57,512 bases of DNA, from IMG/VR virus record IMGVR_UViG_3300043438_001049. The stretch is one strand, 5' to 3'. Positions 25,909 to 36,343 of this stretch are shown piece after piece. How positions within the stretch are numbered: position 1 is the first letter of the stretch; each line of letters starts with the position of its first letter. A program made the position numbers and the translations under genes. This DNA is from an uncultured virus (IMG/VR IMGVR_UViG_3300043438_001049) (taxonomy: Duplodnaviria; Heunggongvirae; Uroviricota; Caudoviricetes). The notes under the pieces were generated by a model. It did not search any database, was not told the DNA's origin, and saw nothing but the letters and a program-made list of their open reading frames with translations.

Positions 25909-27051
25909 TTATGAATCTGATGCAGAATCAGCGAATGCAATTGCATCCTCTTCTTCCCACTGAATACCAAAGCGGACGAATACTGTGTACTCAATTGTGT
26001 CCTTCTTTGCTACGTACTCACGGTTTACAACGATGTCGCGCTGGAATCCCCATACACGGTTTGCAGGGAATGTCAAGTCGACAAAGCCTGCTGGGTAGTA
26101 AGGAACTTCCTGAACTTCAATTCCGAGAACACGTGTTGTACGTGCTCCACCGAATGTCTGTCCGAGTCCATCTAGATAGTTCTGACGGTTTGACTGTGTG
26201 CTTCCTGGCATACGGCCAGTGAATGCTTCTGCAACTGCATCTGCAAGGGTACCGTTATTCTTAACGATTCCTCCGAATACATCTGTACCTGCGTAGAACT
26301 TAAGATTGTTCTTAAGTGCACGGTACTTACGTGGCATTGCATTGATGATTCCCTGCATAACTTCAGGTGTCCAGGCGTTATCTGTTACAGTTACAACTGA
26401 CTCGTGTGCTTGTCCAGCACCTGTTCCAGTCTTTTCCTTATTGATAAATCCGTCCATGATTGACAAGAATGAGCCTGTCGCTCCGTCACCATTGATAGCG
26501 AGATCTTCGATATCATTTGCGAATGCGTTGGTCATTAAGCGTACCAAGTGATCTTCTAGAGCGTCACCTTCTACACCATCTTCCAATGATTCTGCTGTTA
26601 CTTCCCAATCAAGACGAATCTTCTTGGTAGTAAGTTCGACCTTAGAGAATGTTGCACCTGTGTTTGTGTATGTACCAATTGCTTGCGCTGCTGCACGAAT
26701 TACACGCTCACCGACGTTTACCTTCTCAAGTTCCATAGAATTAGCCTTCATTGTTACACGACGGCCATCCTTTGCTAATACTGTTGCGTCCCAAACATAG
26801 TCGATAAAACGACGTGCCTGCTCAGGGCGCAAAATTCCAGAAGCCGCTGAACCACTAGGGTTAACAGCGTTTGCTCCGCTTGTAGATCCAAGGGTTGCTG
26901 TTGGAATATTTCCAAGTGTACTTGCACCTGGTGTTGCTACTCCACCAATACCACCTGATGCGAAAGCACCTTGACCCTGATACAGACCTGGAGTTTCTCC
27001 TCCTAGATTTGCTTCAGCGCCTGGCTGGTTTTTGATTATTTCTTCTGACAT
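25909..27051 (-). CDS. major capsid protein (HK97 fold); start reassigned to ATG 27049-27051
   Basis: AGGAGGTG SD before MSEEIIKN; GILRPEQARRFID, ELTTKKIRLDWEVTAESLED, FANDIEDLAINGD motifs. Confidence 0.9.
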   Translation of the reverse strand: MSEEIIKNQPGAEANLGGETPGLYQGQGAFASGGIGGVATPGASTLGNIPTATLGSTSGANAVNPSGSAASGILRPEQARRFIDYVWDATVLAKDGRRVTMKANSMELEKVNVGERVIRAAAQAIGTYTNTGATFSKVELTTKKIRLDWEVTAESLEDGVEGDALEDHLVRLMTNAFANDIEDLAINGDGATGSFLSIMDGFINKEKTGTGAGQAHESVVTVTDNAWTPEVMQGIINAMPRKYRALKNNLKFYAGTDVFGGIVKNNGTLADAVAEAFTGRMPGSTQSNRQNYLDGLGQTFGGARTTRVLGIEVQEVPYYPAGFVDLTFPANRVWGFQRDIVVNREYVAKKDTIEYTVFVRFGIQWEEEDAIAFADSASDS

Positions 27052-27074
27052 ATTGTCACCTCCTAGTGATTTTT

Positions 27075-27653
27075 TCATTTGAATAGATCGGCTGTTTTGA
27101 GGAAACTACCGCCCCATAGGGATTTTTCAACCATTTCAGGTTGAGACTGAAAGATATCGCCGATATCTCCAGACTTTCGGAATGCGGTGTCTGCTTCCAC
27201 AGCGTCTACTCGTTTTCCAAATTCATTAAATTCACTTGAAACTGTTGCAATATCTTTTGCAACTGCTGTAAATGAATCCTTTACTGTATCAACGTCTACC
27301 TTTGAAGACTTAAGAAGTTCTACTTCTGCTTGCAAAGATTTTACTGTTGACACTAGATCGCTAAAGGCTGATTCTAGAGTATTTTTCATTTCAGTAACTG
27401 CATCTGCAATTACCTCTTCTGACTTAGATACTTCTACAACTGCTTCTGTTACTGTTTCGACTGCTTCAGCATCTTCTGCTTTAGCAATCTCTTCTGCTAC
27501 AACTTCGTCTGCCTTGACAACATCTGTTGTCTCAACCTCTTCTGCCTTAGCAACTTCTTCAATAACTTCTGCAATTGATGCATCTGCCTCTGGAGCGACC
27601 ATAACATCTTCAAGCACATCTGTTTTTTCAACTTGTGTTTTTGATTTTGTCAT
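27075..27653 (-). CDS. nested in-frame scaffold protein
   Basis: perfect SD AAGGAGGT 7 nt before in-frame ATG 27651-27653 (MTKSKTQVEK...), at the protease/coiled-coil boundary. Confidence 0.7.
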   Translation of the reverse strand: MTKSKTQVEKTDVLEDVMVAPEADASIAEVIEEVAKAEEVETTDVVKADEVVAEEIAKAEDAEAVETVTEAVVEVSKSEEVIADAVTEMKNTLESAFSDLVSTVKSLQAEVELLKSSKVDVDTVKDSFTAVAKDIATVSSEFNEFGKRVDAVEADTAFRKSGDIGDIFQSQPEMVEKSLWGGSFLKTADLFK

Positions 27654-28409
27654 AGGTTGTACCTCCTTGTTAATCTTAGAAGTATTAATGCCTTTAGCAC
27701 TATCAACTAAGAATTTTATCATTGTTGTTTTTTCATTATCCGTTTTTTCAACGAAACCTATATTTTCCATAGCATTGCCTGTTGTAGGACTTACTTCTGA
27801 CTCATTCTCTGAAATCTGTACTATACCAGACTCTCTATCATAAAAAACATTTTCAAGTACGGTGGCATCTGCTTTAAACACATCGACTCCATCAACCTTT
27901 TCAACTGATACAATATTTGCAAACTGATTTGCTGGTGAATCTACAAGACTCAACTCTATCAAATCATATTGCTTAATAATTCTAATTGCCTTGTCTGATT
28001 TTTCATCAAACCCGTCATCCCATTTATTCATTCTTCCACCAATTGAAAAACCAGAAAGAGTTCCATCAAGGACCTTTTCCCAAGTATCTTGTGCACCCTT
28101 TGAAACATAAGCAGATACAAAAACACCGCTATAAAACTTTTTTGATTCTGGATCAAAATATTTTTCTGCTTTAAAGTCAACCATTTTACCAACTGCTAAT
28201 GGCTGGTGCATCTCACGAATATTTCCTCGGAATTTTGCAAAGGCATCCATTGACGCTTCTGCTGTAACAATGTCATCTTGCTTGTCAATGTTGTCTAGAG
28301 ATGCAAATCCAGATACGGTTCTTCGCTCTTTGTCTACCTTTGAAAAAGGCATTGAAAGACGCAAATTTTCCCCATTAGAGTTCCAATGGGCTTTGGATAT
28401 ATTACTCAC
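27075..28409 (-). CDS. prohead protease fused to C-terminal scaffold domain (probable GTG start 28407-28409)
   Basis: HK97-type protease motifs VSGFAS, IREMH, GFSIGG, ELSLVDSPANQ; acidic coiled-coil C-terminal half; TATAAT 6 nt upstream of GTG. Confidence 0.88.
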   Translation of the reverse strand: MSNISKAHWNSNGENLRLSMPFSKVDKERRTVSGFASLDNIDKQDDIVTAEASMDAFAKFRGNIREMHQPLAVGKMVDFKAEKYFDPESKKFYSGVFVSAYVSKGAQDTWEKVLDGTLSGFSIGGRMNKWDDGFDEKSDKAIRIIKQYDLIELSLVDSPANQFANIVSVEKVDGVDVFKADATVLENVFYDRESGIVQISENESEVSPTTGNAMENIGFVEKTDNEKTTMIKFLVDSAKGINTSKINKEVQPMTKSKTQVEKTDVLEDVMVAPEADASIAEVIEEVAKAEEVETTDVVKADEVVAEEIAKAEDAEAVETVTEAVVEVSKSEEVIADAVTEMKNTLESAFSDLVSTVKSLQAEVELLKSSKVDVDTVKDSFTAVAKDIATVSSEFNEFGKRVDAVEADTAFRKSGDIGDIFQSQPEMVEKSLWGGSFLKTADLFK

Positions 28410-28464
28410 TATCATATTATAAGCCCCCTTTTACACATATATCACAATATGGACATATAGGACA

Positions 28465-30057
28465 TTAAGGAGTTTTTCTTCCCTCTCCCTTTGGTGCTCT
28501 TCCAGCAACTGTTGAAGTGCTGTCTGAATTATTATTTGTTCTTGCAGAGTCTCTGGCTCTTGTAGTTGTTGCTTCTGCTGCTGCGGTTGCTTTAAGATCT
28601 AAGACCTCGTCGCCACCTTCTCTTTGTGGCATATCCAAAAGAACTCTTGCCTCGTTTGGAGTCATAATTTGATTCTTAACATATCTTTCAAGAATTTGAG
28701 ACTGTGCAATTTCATCTGTTAAGGTTAATTCATTAAAAACAAACTCAAGAATATCGGTTTTTTCACGGACAATCTTGTTGATCATTTTTTCAATTTGTCT
28801 TTGTGCTGGTCTTGCAACCTGCTCCTTAAATGTGCGATCCTGTGCAAGTGCTGCTGCGATTGATGCAGAATCTCCGCCTCCAAGTTTAGACAATGGAACT
28901 TGATGTGCTACCAGAATGTCATCACGGTTTTGTTTACGATACTCTTTAAAGGAGCCATCTTGTATCCCGTCTTCAATGGGATCCATTTTAAACTCTACCT
29001 TATTGTTTTCGCTATCTCCTGGTAATGGAATATATAGGGTTCTATGTGACTGCCCTCTGAGATTTGTCTGTAAGAATCGGAACATCTTATCTTCTGCGTC
29101 TCCAGAGAGTTTTGCACCCTTTAATGTTACAACATATCTTGGAACTGCTTTGTTTGCAAAGTAGTCAATATTGTATTGTGAAGCAAGTGAGTCTCCATGC
29201 AATGAGTTAATTGCCGACATAATGTCTGGCACTCCGTAAAATGTGTTTAATGGTGAGTATTGTTTAAAGTGAATAATTTCGTTTGGTCTAGCATCTGTAG
29301 TTAATGGGTTCTGATTCTTTGCTCCAAAGTTGCGGAAGTAAACAATCTTGTTTCCAATGATCTGAACATAGCCATCTTTAATTCTTCGAACACGCATTGT
29401 TGTTGCTGGTATATGTCCGACATACCCAATCTCTCCACGAGTAGTTCTTCCAATTTCTAGATAACCGTTACCAGTAGACTGAAGGTCTGTATAAACCTTT
29501 TCCATTGTTGCTGTAAATGAGTCGTCGTCATTAAGAGATTCTAGCCAATCACGCATCTCAATCTTTGCTCGTTCAATTCTTTTTCTTGCCTTCTGTGTTG
29601 CACTATTATCTTCAGATGCTTCAAGTCTCATCATTGTTCTTTGAGAAACCTTAAACTCATAACCTAAGCCAACAATGTTTTCTACCTTAGCATCAATGGC
29701 TGCGTGGTTTGCAAAAGATGTGTCGTAATAGTTTGCTAATTCATAAAGGTTCCAAGGTGGTGTGATAACGTCGAACATTCCATAGCCGTTTACATATACT
29801 AGGCCTGGGTTTATTTCTTTTGATTGTGCTCCATCAATACCGCTTTTTCCAGCAAGTGCTGCAGTTGTGTATTGAGTTGTTGGTTCAACCATCTTTGTTG
29901 AAGATCTGCTTATGCGTCTTTTAAAGTTTGCTTCTAGTCCGTCAAGAGATTTTAATGAATCCCAATTTCCGTTAAATGGATCTGACTTTGAAAAAGTATC
30001 ATCTTTCTTTATTGATTCATCAATCCTTGCACTAATCTCATAATCGTTGTCTTCCAT
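28465..30057 (-). CDS. portal protein
   Basis: TGNGYLEI.R, NEIIHFK...YGVPDI, YFANKAVP, HQVPLSKLG, IMTPNEARVLLDMP motifs. Confidence 0.92.
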   Translation of the reverse strand: MEDNDYEISARIDESIKKDDTFSKSDPFNGNWDSLKSLDGLEANFKRRISRSSTKMVEPTTQYTTAALAGKSGIDGAQSKEINPGLVYVNGYGMFDVITPPWNLYELANYYDTSFANHAAIDAKVENIVGLGYEFKVSQRTMMRLEASEDNSATQKARKRIERAKIEMRDWLESLNDDDSFTATMEKVYTDLQSTGNGYLEIGRTTRGEIGYVGHIPATTMRVRRIKDGYVQIIGNKIVYFRNFGAKNQNPLTTDARPNEIIHFKQYSPLNTFYGVPDIMSAINSLHGDSLASQYNIDYFANKAVPRYVVTLKGAKLSGDAEDKMFRFLQTNLRGQSHRTLYIPLPGDSENNKVEFKMDPIEDGIQDGSFKEYRKQNRDDILVAHQVPLSKLGGGDSASIAAALAQDRTFKEQVARPAQRQIEKMINKIVREKTDILEFVFNELTLTDEIAQSQILERYVKNQIMTPNEARVLLDMPQREGGDEVLDLKATAAAEATTTRARDSARTNNNSDSTSTVAGRAPKGEGRKTP

Positions 30058-30059
30058 GA

Positions 30060-30446
30060 TTATTCCTCATCCCCATACTTAGCAATTGTATCTTTTGCTG
30101 CTTGTACTGCTCCAAGGTCGTTTAGGTTTGGTATAAGTCCAGACTTCATGCGATCAACTTGCTCAGAATATTCTTCTTCTGAAACTCTTGTTAGCCCTGG
30201 AACAAATACGCATGTACCATCTCCTGGATCTCCGTAATGCATTGCAGTCTTTTTTAGTTCTGCCATTCTAGTAAAGTCGTTTTTATCTGAAGGTATATTG
30301 AGTACAGAACCGTTTCCATCTGTAAACCATTTACCATTTGCTTTCTTATACACATAAAGGCCCCAGTCATAGTTCTTTTCAATGACCTGACGTCTAACGT
30401 TTTTTACAATTGGTTGACCAGTTTTTGGGTCTATAAGGGAATCCAT
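30060..30446 (-). CDS. hypothetical protein upstream of portal
   Basis: 128-aa ORF; TGGTATACT (30454-30462) 7 nt upstream of ATG. Confidence 0.75.
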   Translation of the reverse strand: MDSLIDPKTGQPIVKNVRRQVIEKNYDWGLYVYKKANGKWFTDGNGSVLNIPSDKNDFTRMAELKKTAMHYGDPGDGTCVFVPGLTRVSEEEYSEQVDRMKSGLIPNLNDLGAVQAAKDTIAKYGDEE

Positions 30447-30464
30447 AACTACAAGTATACCATA

Positions 30465-33400
30465 TTAGGCTGGGGTCTCTACGAACTGACTCCATTTTAC
30501 GTCAGTAAATATAGTGTATGTATACTCTTCAAAACGAACTGGTCTATCATCATCTACAATAATTTTGTTTGTGCCCGTATAACTCTTATAAACATCTGAA
30601 GGGTTTACACCATAATAACTTGTTTCTGATAAGACAAGAACCTTATTCCAGTTAAAAGATGGACTATCCCAGAACTCCCAGTCAAGGGGCGAAGACCCCA
30701 AAACCTTAACTCTAAACCAAGGTCTTTCTGCTATGTTCTGAACTTCTTGTAGATTAGTAGACTGATAGTATGAAAGGCTGTTAAATAGTAGTGGTCCAGT
30801 TAATCTTACTGCCCCTTCAAAAAATGAAAAATTAAGACTGTTTGCAAAATTAATCCCAAGGAATCCCCACTCTTGAAGAGTTATTACTGGCTCTTTTACT
30901 ATTTTTCCATTCCAATAAAATCCAATACCGTTTTGGACTAGGCCAGTATTTGCATCTATTGCGTAAATTTTTGCTCTGCGTCCAGAAGGATCATTAGCAA
31001 CCATGTAAAATTTTATGTAAGAATCTTTGCTTTGGATTTCAAATATCTGTGTTGGTGCATATGGGAAATAGTCTCCGTCAAACCTTACGGCCATTTGCAT
31101 TGCTATAGCCTTAAATCCTTCGGCTCTGCTTTCATTTACAGGAATCATAAGACCTCTATTAACTAATGGATCATACCTTCCTTTTAATTGAATTCCGCTT
31201 GTTTTGGTTAAATAAAGATACGGAGATGATCCTGTATAGATTGCAAAAGGATTATTCTTTTTAAAGTTATAATAAATTCCAGTCTTTGTATATGGATAAA
31301 CAGATGTTCCAAACCTTGTTCCAATTGGACTAGCATCAGATTCATTAAATGCTTGTGATGCATAAGAAAGTTTTTTAATTAATACATTGTTTGTTTCTGA
31401 ATTTTTTACATTCATTTCTATGTGTGTAACAATAGACAAGTCATTGAAGTCTACTCCAGTTGGTGGGTATATAATCATATTATCTACAACTTCATATTTT
31501 GTTGTCATCCAGTCTGAACCAGGAACTAATACTCCATCTCTTGAAGGTCTTTCTGTTTTTGTAAAATAATAGTATGTTTGGTTTGCACCCAATTCTGTAT
31601 ATTGAAAAGTTACATAACTTTTTACAATTGATCCATCTGTGTCATATTTATATTCTTTTGCTATTTTATTTTTTAAATCATCGTAATCATTGTATCCAGT
31701 AAAAAGGTAATTGTCTAGTGATGTGTATGTTCTTTGAACTGGGGTTCCGTATTCATCTGATAACTCTGCATATGTCCAAGCCTCTGGATCTGTTTCTATT
31801 GCTACAGTCTTTGATGGTATTGGGTAATCAATATTAAACTGAATAAAGTCAAGATCAAAATATTGGTCCCCTCGTTTATCAAGAACGGATTCAGCAAAAT
31901 ATGTTAGTGGAAGTTGATCTTCCCAATATGCGCTTGCAGATACAGCAAGTTTGTATGTATCAAAAACTATCTCTGGTAAAAGAGTATAACTTGCAACATG
32001 GTCTAAAAGGGAATCCTCTTCAGCAACAACCACACTACCGCCAGTAAGTGCTCCATTTGCTGTGTCTGTTGTACCTCCATAAGGTGGCATAGAAGTTGTA
32101 TCTATTCCTCCGTCTATGTTGATTAACTGGTTATTTTGGTAAATAGCAAACAAGTCTTCATTCCATACTGGAACACCTATCTCATTAAACAAAGATCTAA
32201 TTTTTTGAAAGTTATATGCTGTACATAGTCCTACATTGTATATTTTTCCAGTAAAAGTTGATAGACCGTTCTTGTCTCCACCAACATACATTCTTAGGTC
32301 TGATAAAGATCCAAAAAAGTCTGATGCTGGGTTTCCAAATCTTGATACAAATGCTGGAATGTTTAAACCTATGTCTACTAGTTCTCCTGGCTCCGCAACT
32401 AAAGGAGAATAGATGGTTTCTGATATTCCGTTATAATTAATAATATAAGATATTTGATTATTTAAAAGTTGTATCTTGAAATAACTATTTGTATTTTCTT
32501 TTTCTATTTTAAAAAGTGTTTGGGCTGAACTTGAGGTTTGTGGTAATCTAAAACAACCGTAGAAAGCAGATACTGGGGTTTTTATAAAATCAAAATTTTT
32601 AAAGAAAAGATGACCAGAAACATTATTCCAAGAAGTGTTTGGTCTAAAGGAAAAAAAGTTTCTTGTATCTGATGATTGAACTAGACCACAATCTGACAAA
32701 AGTTCTTTTTCTGTTTTTGATGACAAGACTGTTTCTGGAAGTGGGTGAGATAAAACAGAAAGAGACTTATTTACAATTGATGTATTATCATTAAAGGCTT
32801 GACTCCACGAACCTACCTTTGGATATGAGTAGTTTGAGGTGTAGTCTGCAAATGAATAATCAATAAAAACAGATGTTCCACTATAAGATGTATTAATGTT
32901 TTCTGGAATATCAACGCCTTGCCCAAACACAAACCTTCTTTTTGCAACAGCAGTTGCAACAATGTATGGATAAATTCCAACGCAGTCAACCTCTATTGGA
33001 TATATATCATTATATGCGTAAAAGCCTATCCAGTCTTGATCTTTAAGACTTTCATTTAACATAGAAGGTAAAGAAAGTGACTCAGTTAAATAGTTTAAAG
33101 AAACAACTTCTTGGCCATTTATTACAAGAGATGCAGTGTCTTTGCCAACACGCATGTGAACCAGCATTGGCCTTGTCCACTCACCAACATAATATGCACC
33201 ATAGTTATCTCCTATCTTTAATCCTATTGATGGTCCATCAACATATATTCCATCTTCTGATGCAATTGGACCAATAATTCTTTTCCTGTCATTACTATAT
33301 GAATTTATTCTAAGCCAGGTTTCAAAAGTATACTGCTTAAATTTTCCAGACTCATTTAAAAATCCAGAACCAGGAACTATAAGGGAGGGCAAATCTGTAT

Positions 33401-34181
33401 TTGGATATATAGTTGTAAGACCAGATGTTCCATAGACAATTGGAATACCTGAATTTTTTGCCTTAAGCATATTATCGGAAACTAAATAATATGCGTCTAA
33501 CTCTTGCAGTCCGTAACATTTTGACACAACGCCCTTTTGTGGTGCAATAGATATAGTGGATGGTATATCAATTGACTCAACTCCAAGGGATGTAGATGCA
33601 AACTCTTCTGACCATTGACCAAGACTTATTCCGTTTACTAAAAACACATCATCTGTTTCTGATCCACCAATAAAGTTAATCTTAAAAACTAGTCTTATAT
33701 CTGTATCATCTGGTGGCGTATCAAAAGTTTCTGATATAAAAATCCAGTTGCTATTTATTACTGTGTCATAGTTTTTTAAATGAACTATGTCATCTCCACT
33801 TGTTGTGTCTGTGTATTGATAACCAATTTCAAGACCAGCAATATATGCGCTTTCAGAATAAAAATATCCACCTACAGAAAATGTTCTTAAATAAGTATTA
33901 AAGTCTCTTAGGCTCATTATTTCATTACTTGTTGCAATTATAGAAGCCAACTCGTTGTCTGTTGGTGTAGCGGTAATTTTACCCACATAACTATTTATAA
34001 ATGGTTCGTCTATTGATTGAGAATAGTCTTGATATGTACCGCCAACAATTGTCCAATTTGACAAATTTCTTTGCGACTCTGAAAGTAAAGAAATGTAATC
34101 TGCTGTATCATCTAAAGCCCATAGACCAGTCGGATGCTCAGCAAAGACTTTTTCGGCATATAGGTTTGATGGATTAGACAT
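30465..34181 (-). CDS. large putative virion protein with LamG/concanavalin-like domains
   Basis: 1238 aa; YAEKVFAEHPTGLWALDD and YTFETWLRI...ASLVINGQEV resemble LamG-type modules. Confidence 0.55.
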   Translation of the reverse strand: MSNPSNLYAEKVFAEHPTGLWALDDTADYISLLSESQRNLSNWTIVGGTYQDYSQSIDEPFINSYVGKITATPTDNELASIIATSNEIMSLRDFNTYLRTFSVGGYFYSESAYIAGLEIGYQYTDTTSGDDIVHLKNYDTVINSNWIFISETFDTPPDDTDIRLVFKINFIGGSETDDVFLVNGISLGQWSEEFASTSLGVESIDIPSTISIAPQKGVVSKCYGLQELDAYYLVSDNMLKAKNSGIPIVYGTSGLTTIYPNTDLPSLIVPGSGFLNESGKFKQYTFETWLRINSYSNDRKRIIGPIASEDGIYVDGPSIGLKIGDNYGAYYVGEWTRPMLVHMRVGKDTASLVINGQEVVSLNYLTESLSLPSMLNESLKDQDWIGFYAYNDIYPIEVDCVGIYPYIVATAVAKRRFVFGQGVDIPENINTSYSGTSVFIDYSFADYTSNYSYPKVGSWSQAFNDNTSIVNKSLSVLSHPLPETVLSSKTEKELLSDCGLVQSSDTRNFFSFRPNTSWNNVSGHLFFKNFDFIKTPVSAFYGCFRLPQTSSSAQTLFKIEKENTNSYFKIQLLNNQISYIINYNGISETIYSPLVAEPGELVDIGLNIPAFVSRFGNPASDFFGSLSDLRMYVGGDKNGLSTFTGKIYNVGLCTAYNFQKIRSLFNEIGVPVWNEDLFAIYQNNQLINIDGGIDTTSMPPYGGTTDTANGALTGGSVVVAEEDSLLDHVASYTLLPEIVFDTYKLAVSASAYWEDQLPLTYFAESVLDKRGDQYFDLDFIQFNIDYPIPSKTVAIETDPEAWTYAELSDEYGTPVQRTYTSLDNYLFTGYNDYDDLKNKIAKEYKYDTDGSIVKSYVTFQYTELGANQTYYYFTKTERPSRDGVLVPGSDWMTTKYEVVDNMIIYPPTGVDFNDLSIVTHIEMNVKNSETNNVLIKKLSYASQAFNESDASPIGTRFGTSVYPYTKTGIYYNFKKNNPFAIYTGSSPYLYLTKTSGIQLKGRYDPLVNRGLMIPVNESRAEGFKAIAMQMAVRFDGDYFPYAPTQIFEIQSKDSYIKFYMVANDPSGRRAKIYAIDANTGLVQNGIGFYWNGKIVKEPVITLQEWGFLGINFANSLNFSFFEGAVRLTGPLLFNSLSYYQSTNLQEVQNIAERPWFRVKVLGSSPLDWEFWDSPSFNWNKVLVLSETSYYGVNPSDVYKSYTGTNKIIVDDDRPVRFEEYTYTIFTDVKWSQFVETPA

Positions 34182-34206
34182 TATAGGTCTATTTTACCAC
34201 AGAAGA

Positions 34207-36240
34207 CTACTTGTTTATTTTAATTTCGCAATAATCTGTTGTGCAATACATCTCTCCCTGAGCCTCAAGATTTTCTGCTCCATCATAAATTGCAGCAAAA
34301 TCAATGTGCTTTAACTTGCCAATATATGACTCGTATTGCTCTTCAGTAATACCTGTGTAGGGTTGCTGTGGATAAACTGTATTTCCCATTGGAAGGAATG
34401 AGACAGCCTTTAATTGTCCTTCGTACATATTGAGTGCTGGAACAATATGCTTTGACTCTGTTTCCTTGTCAAATGAAAGTGTTACAGAAACGCCATTGTC
34501 AGACCAATACTTTTGAGCAGTTGCAGCAAGTGCAATCTTTTCAAATAGTGTTACATCTTTTTCAGATCTTGGATGACCTGATTTAATTGGGAAGTAAACT
34601 ACTGATGTGTTTGCTGATACAACATCGTCTTCAACTGTATACCCTGCTGCTTTAAACAAATGCATCATTGGATCTGTGTTTCCAAAACGAACGGCACGAA
34701 GGAAGAACTCTCCTCCAGGACCCCAGTGAACTCCAGGAGTTGCACCAGAAAGAATTGAAACTGATCCTGATGGCTTAACTGTTGTTACACGAATTGATTC
34801 ACGAACACATAACCATTCAGAGTACTGATGATCATAATGACGAATCTTGTTGTATCCTTCATCCATCCACTCACGAACCGTTGGCAAACCCTTTTGATCT
34901 GCAAATGATGCAATACCAGTAAGTGATGTGCCAATACGACGGTTGCGTTGCATGATACCGTTTGTTTGTGGCCAATGTGTTGGAACAAGTGTTACAGTCT
35001 TTCCATAAAGGTATGCAAACTTCAGGGTACGCAGGAAGTCTTCCTTAGATTCATGACGATTCAAGTGCACTTCTACAAGTGTACATAATTCGTATGACTC
35101 TAATGGCTGCTCCGCACAGGGATTAAAGCCCATCACACGATAGTCTTTTCCATCTGGCGCATCCTTTAGTCTGCCATAATTACGAGCAACATCAAGCCAA
35201 ATAAAACCTGGCTCTCCATTTTCTGTAACTAAATCTACATAGTCTTCGTACTTTGTTCCTACTTCTGCTGAAATAGAATTATTAGACATCCATGCCCAAC
35301 CTGGATTTTCTGGATCAAATGAGTTACGCTCTGGAAATAGTTCTGAATTCTTTAGGTTCATAAATGTTTCATCCCCTGCACTACCTAAAGCAAGAGTTGC
35401 TGAGCGACGGACATTACCTGATACTACGCAGGTACCAATTAGGTTTACTAGGTCTACGATAGCACGAGAGTCTAGTGTTTCACCTGCTCTGGAGCCGATT
35501 ACACGGTCTATATGGTCGTGCAACTTGATAAGAGGTGCAGGTCCTGAAGCAACGCCTCCAAAGCCCTTAATAGGGGCTCCTAGAGGTCTGATCAAATCAT
35601 AGTTAAACTTCTGAATGCTCTGGTTTGCTCTTAGGTAAGAGTTAATTAAAAGTCTAACTGACTCTACCCATCCCTCACGAGTGTCTGGGATTTCGAACAC
35701 CTGTTCTGGTTCTGTTGGGGCATAGATTGCAAAATGCTTATCCTGTCCCACTGTATCAAACCCTACACCAATACCAAGCATAAGGGCATCCATAACCCAA
35801 GCAAACAGGGCTCCTGGATCATTCTTGTCAAGGTCCTTTGTAGAAACCATTGCACAATTCTGTAGTGCTGCCGAGTTCTTTTTTTCCATTACCATTGGAG
35901 TTCCAAAAGCCCACATACCTCGTCCTGGTGGTGTCCACTTTAATTCAAACATTCTTTGGAATGCTTCTTGTGCAGACTTCTGAGCCTTATAATCATTCCA
36001 TGGTAGACGGTTTTCTTTAGCATGATTCTTTTGAACTGAATACATACCCTCGATTACTCGACGACAAACTTCGTGCCAACGCTCTTTAGTTCCATCCTCC
36101 TTCATACGAGAATAAGTACGGATAAATGTAATCTCTCCTAAAGAGTTTTCTGCTGCATCCTTAAAACCAAAAGGGCTTGGAGCAGAAACATATTTACCTA
36201 TAAAATCTTCTGGAAGTCTAAAACTAAAAAAATCTGACAT
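34207..36240 (-). CDS. nrdJ: class II (adenosylcobalamin-dependent) ribonucleotide reductase, monomeric RTPR type
   Basis: PPGRG, NCA, GNVRRSA, NPCAEQPL, LCTL, TTVKPSGSVS, C-terminal CTTDYC; no intein visible. Confidence 0.93.
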   Translation of the reverse strand: MSDFFSFRLPEDFIGKYVSAPSPFGFKDAAENSLGEITFIRTYSRMKEDGTKERWHEVCRRVIEGMYSVQKNHAKENRLPWNDYKAQKSAQEAFQRMFELKWTPPGRGMWAFGTPMVMEKKNSAALQNCAMVSTKDLDKNDPGALFAWVMDALMLGIGVGFDTVGQDKHFAIYAPTEPEQVFEIPDTREGWVESVRLLINSYLRANQSIQKFNYDLIRPLGAPIKGFGGVASGPAPLIKLHDHIDRVIGSRAGETLDSRAIVDLVNLIGTCVVSGNVRRSATLALGSAGDETFMNLKNSELFPERNSFDPENPGWAWMSNNSISAEVGTKYEDYVDLVTENGEPGFIWLDVARNYGRLKDAPDGKDYRVMGFNPCAEQPLESYELCTLVEVHLNRHESKEDFLRTLKFAYLYGKTVTLVPTHWPQTNGIMQRNRRIGTSLTGIASFADQKGLPTVREWMDEGYNKIRHYDHQYSEWLCVRESIRVTTVKPSGSVSILSGATPGVHWGPGGEFFLRAVRFGNTDPMMHLFKAAGYTVEDDVVSANTSVVYFPIKSGHPRSEKDVTLFEKIALAATAQKYWSDNGVSVTLSFDKETESKHIVPALNMYEGQLKAVSFLPMGNTVYPQQPYTGITEEQYESYIGKLKHIDFAAIYDGAENLEAQGEMYCTTDYCEIKINK

Positions 36241-36273
36241 GTGTATCGTCCTTTCAAAAACGGAATAGTCCTA

Positions 36274-36306
36274 AGTATAGCAGAGTTTTATGAAAAGCAA
36301 AACTCT
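36274..36306 (-). promoter_or_regulatory. nrdJ promoter (TGCTATACT) with adjacent inverted repeat
   Basis: extended -10 at 36274-36282; AGAGTTTT-N9-AAAACTCT at 36282-36306; GAAAGGA SD before ATG. Confidence 0.55.
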
Positions 36307-36343
36307 CTATCTTATGTATAAGTTGATATTTAAAAATCTATGG

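Noticed and set aside
27052..27078. ORF-track 5' extensions (capsid 27078, chaperone 22101, 3207, 56009, 53334)
   Set aside because: Better-supported downstream starts exist (SD or leaderless promoter); the extensions run into terminators, remnants or neighbouring genes
14080..27843. Long + strand ORFs such as 19639-20265, 27187-27843 and 14080-14493
   Set aside because: Antisense shadows of codon-biased structural genes with no SD/promoter support or recognisable motifs
34207..36240. Intein or intron in the ribonucleotide reductase (also checked helicase and primase)
   Set aside because: ORFs are continuous, of ordinary length, with motifs normally spaced
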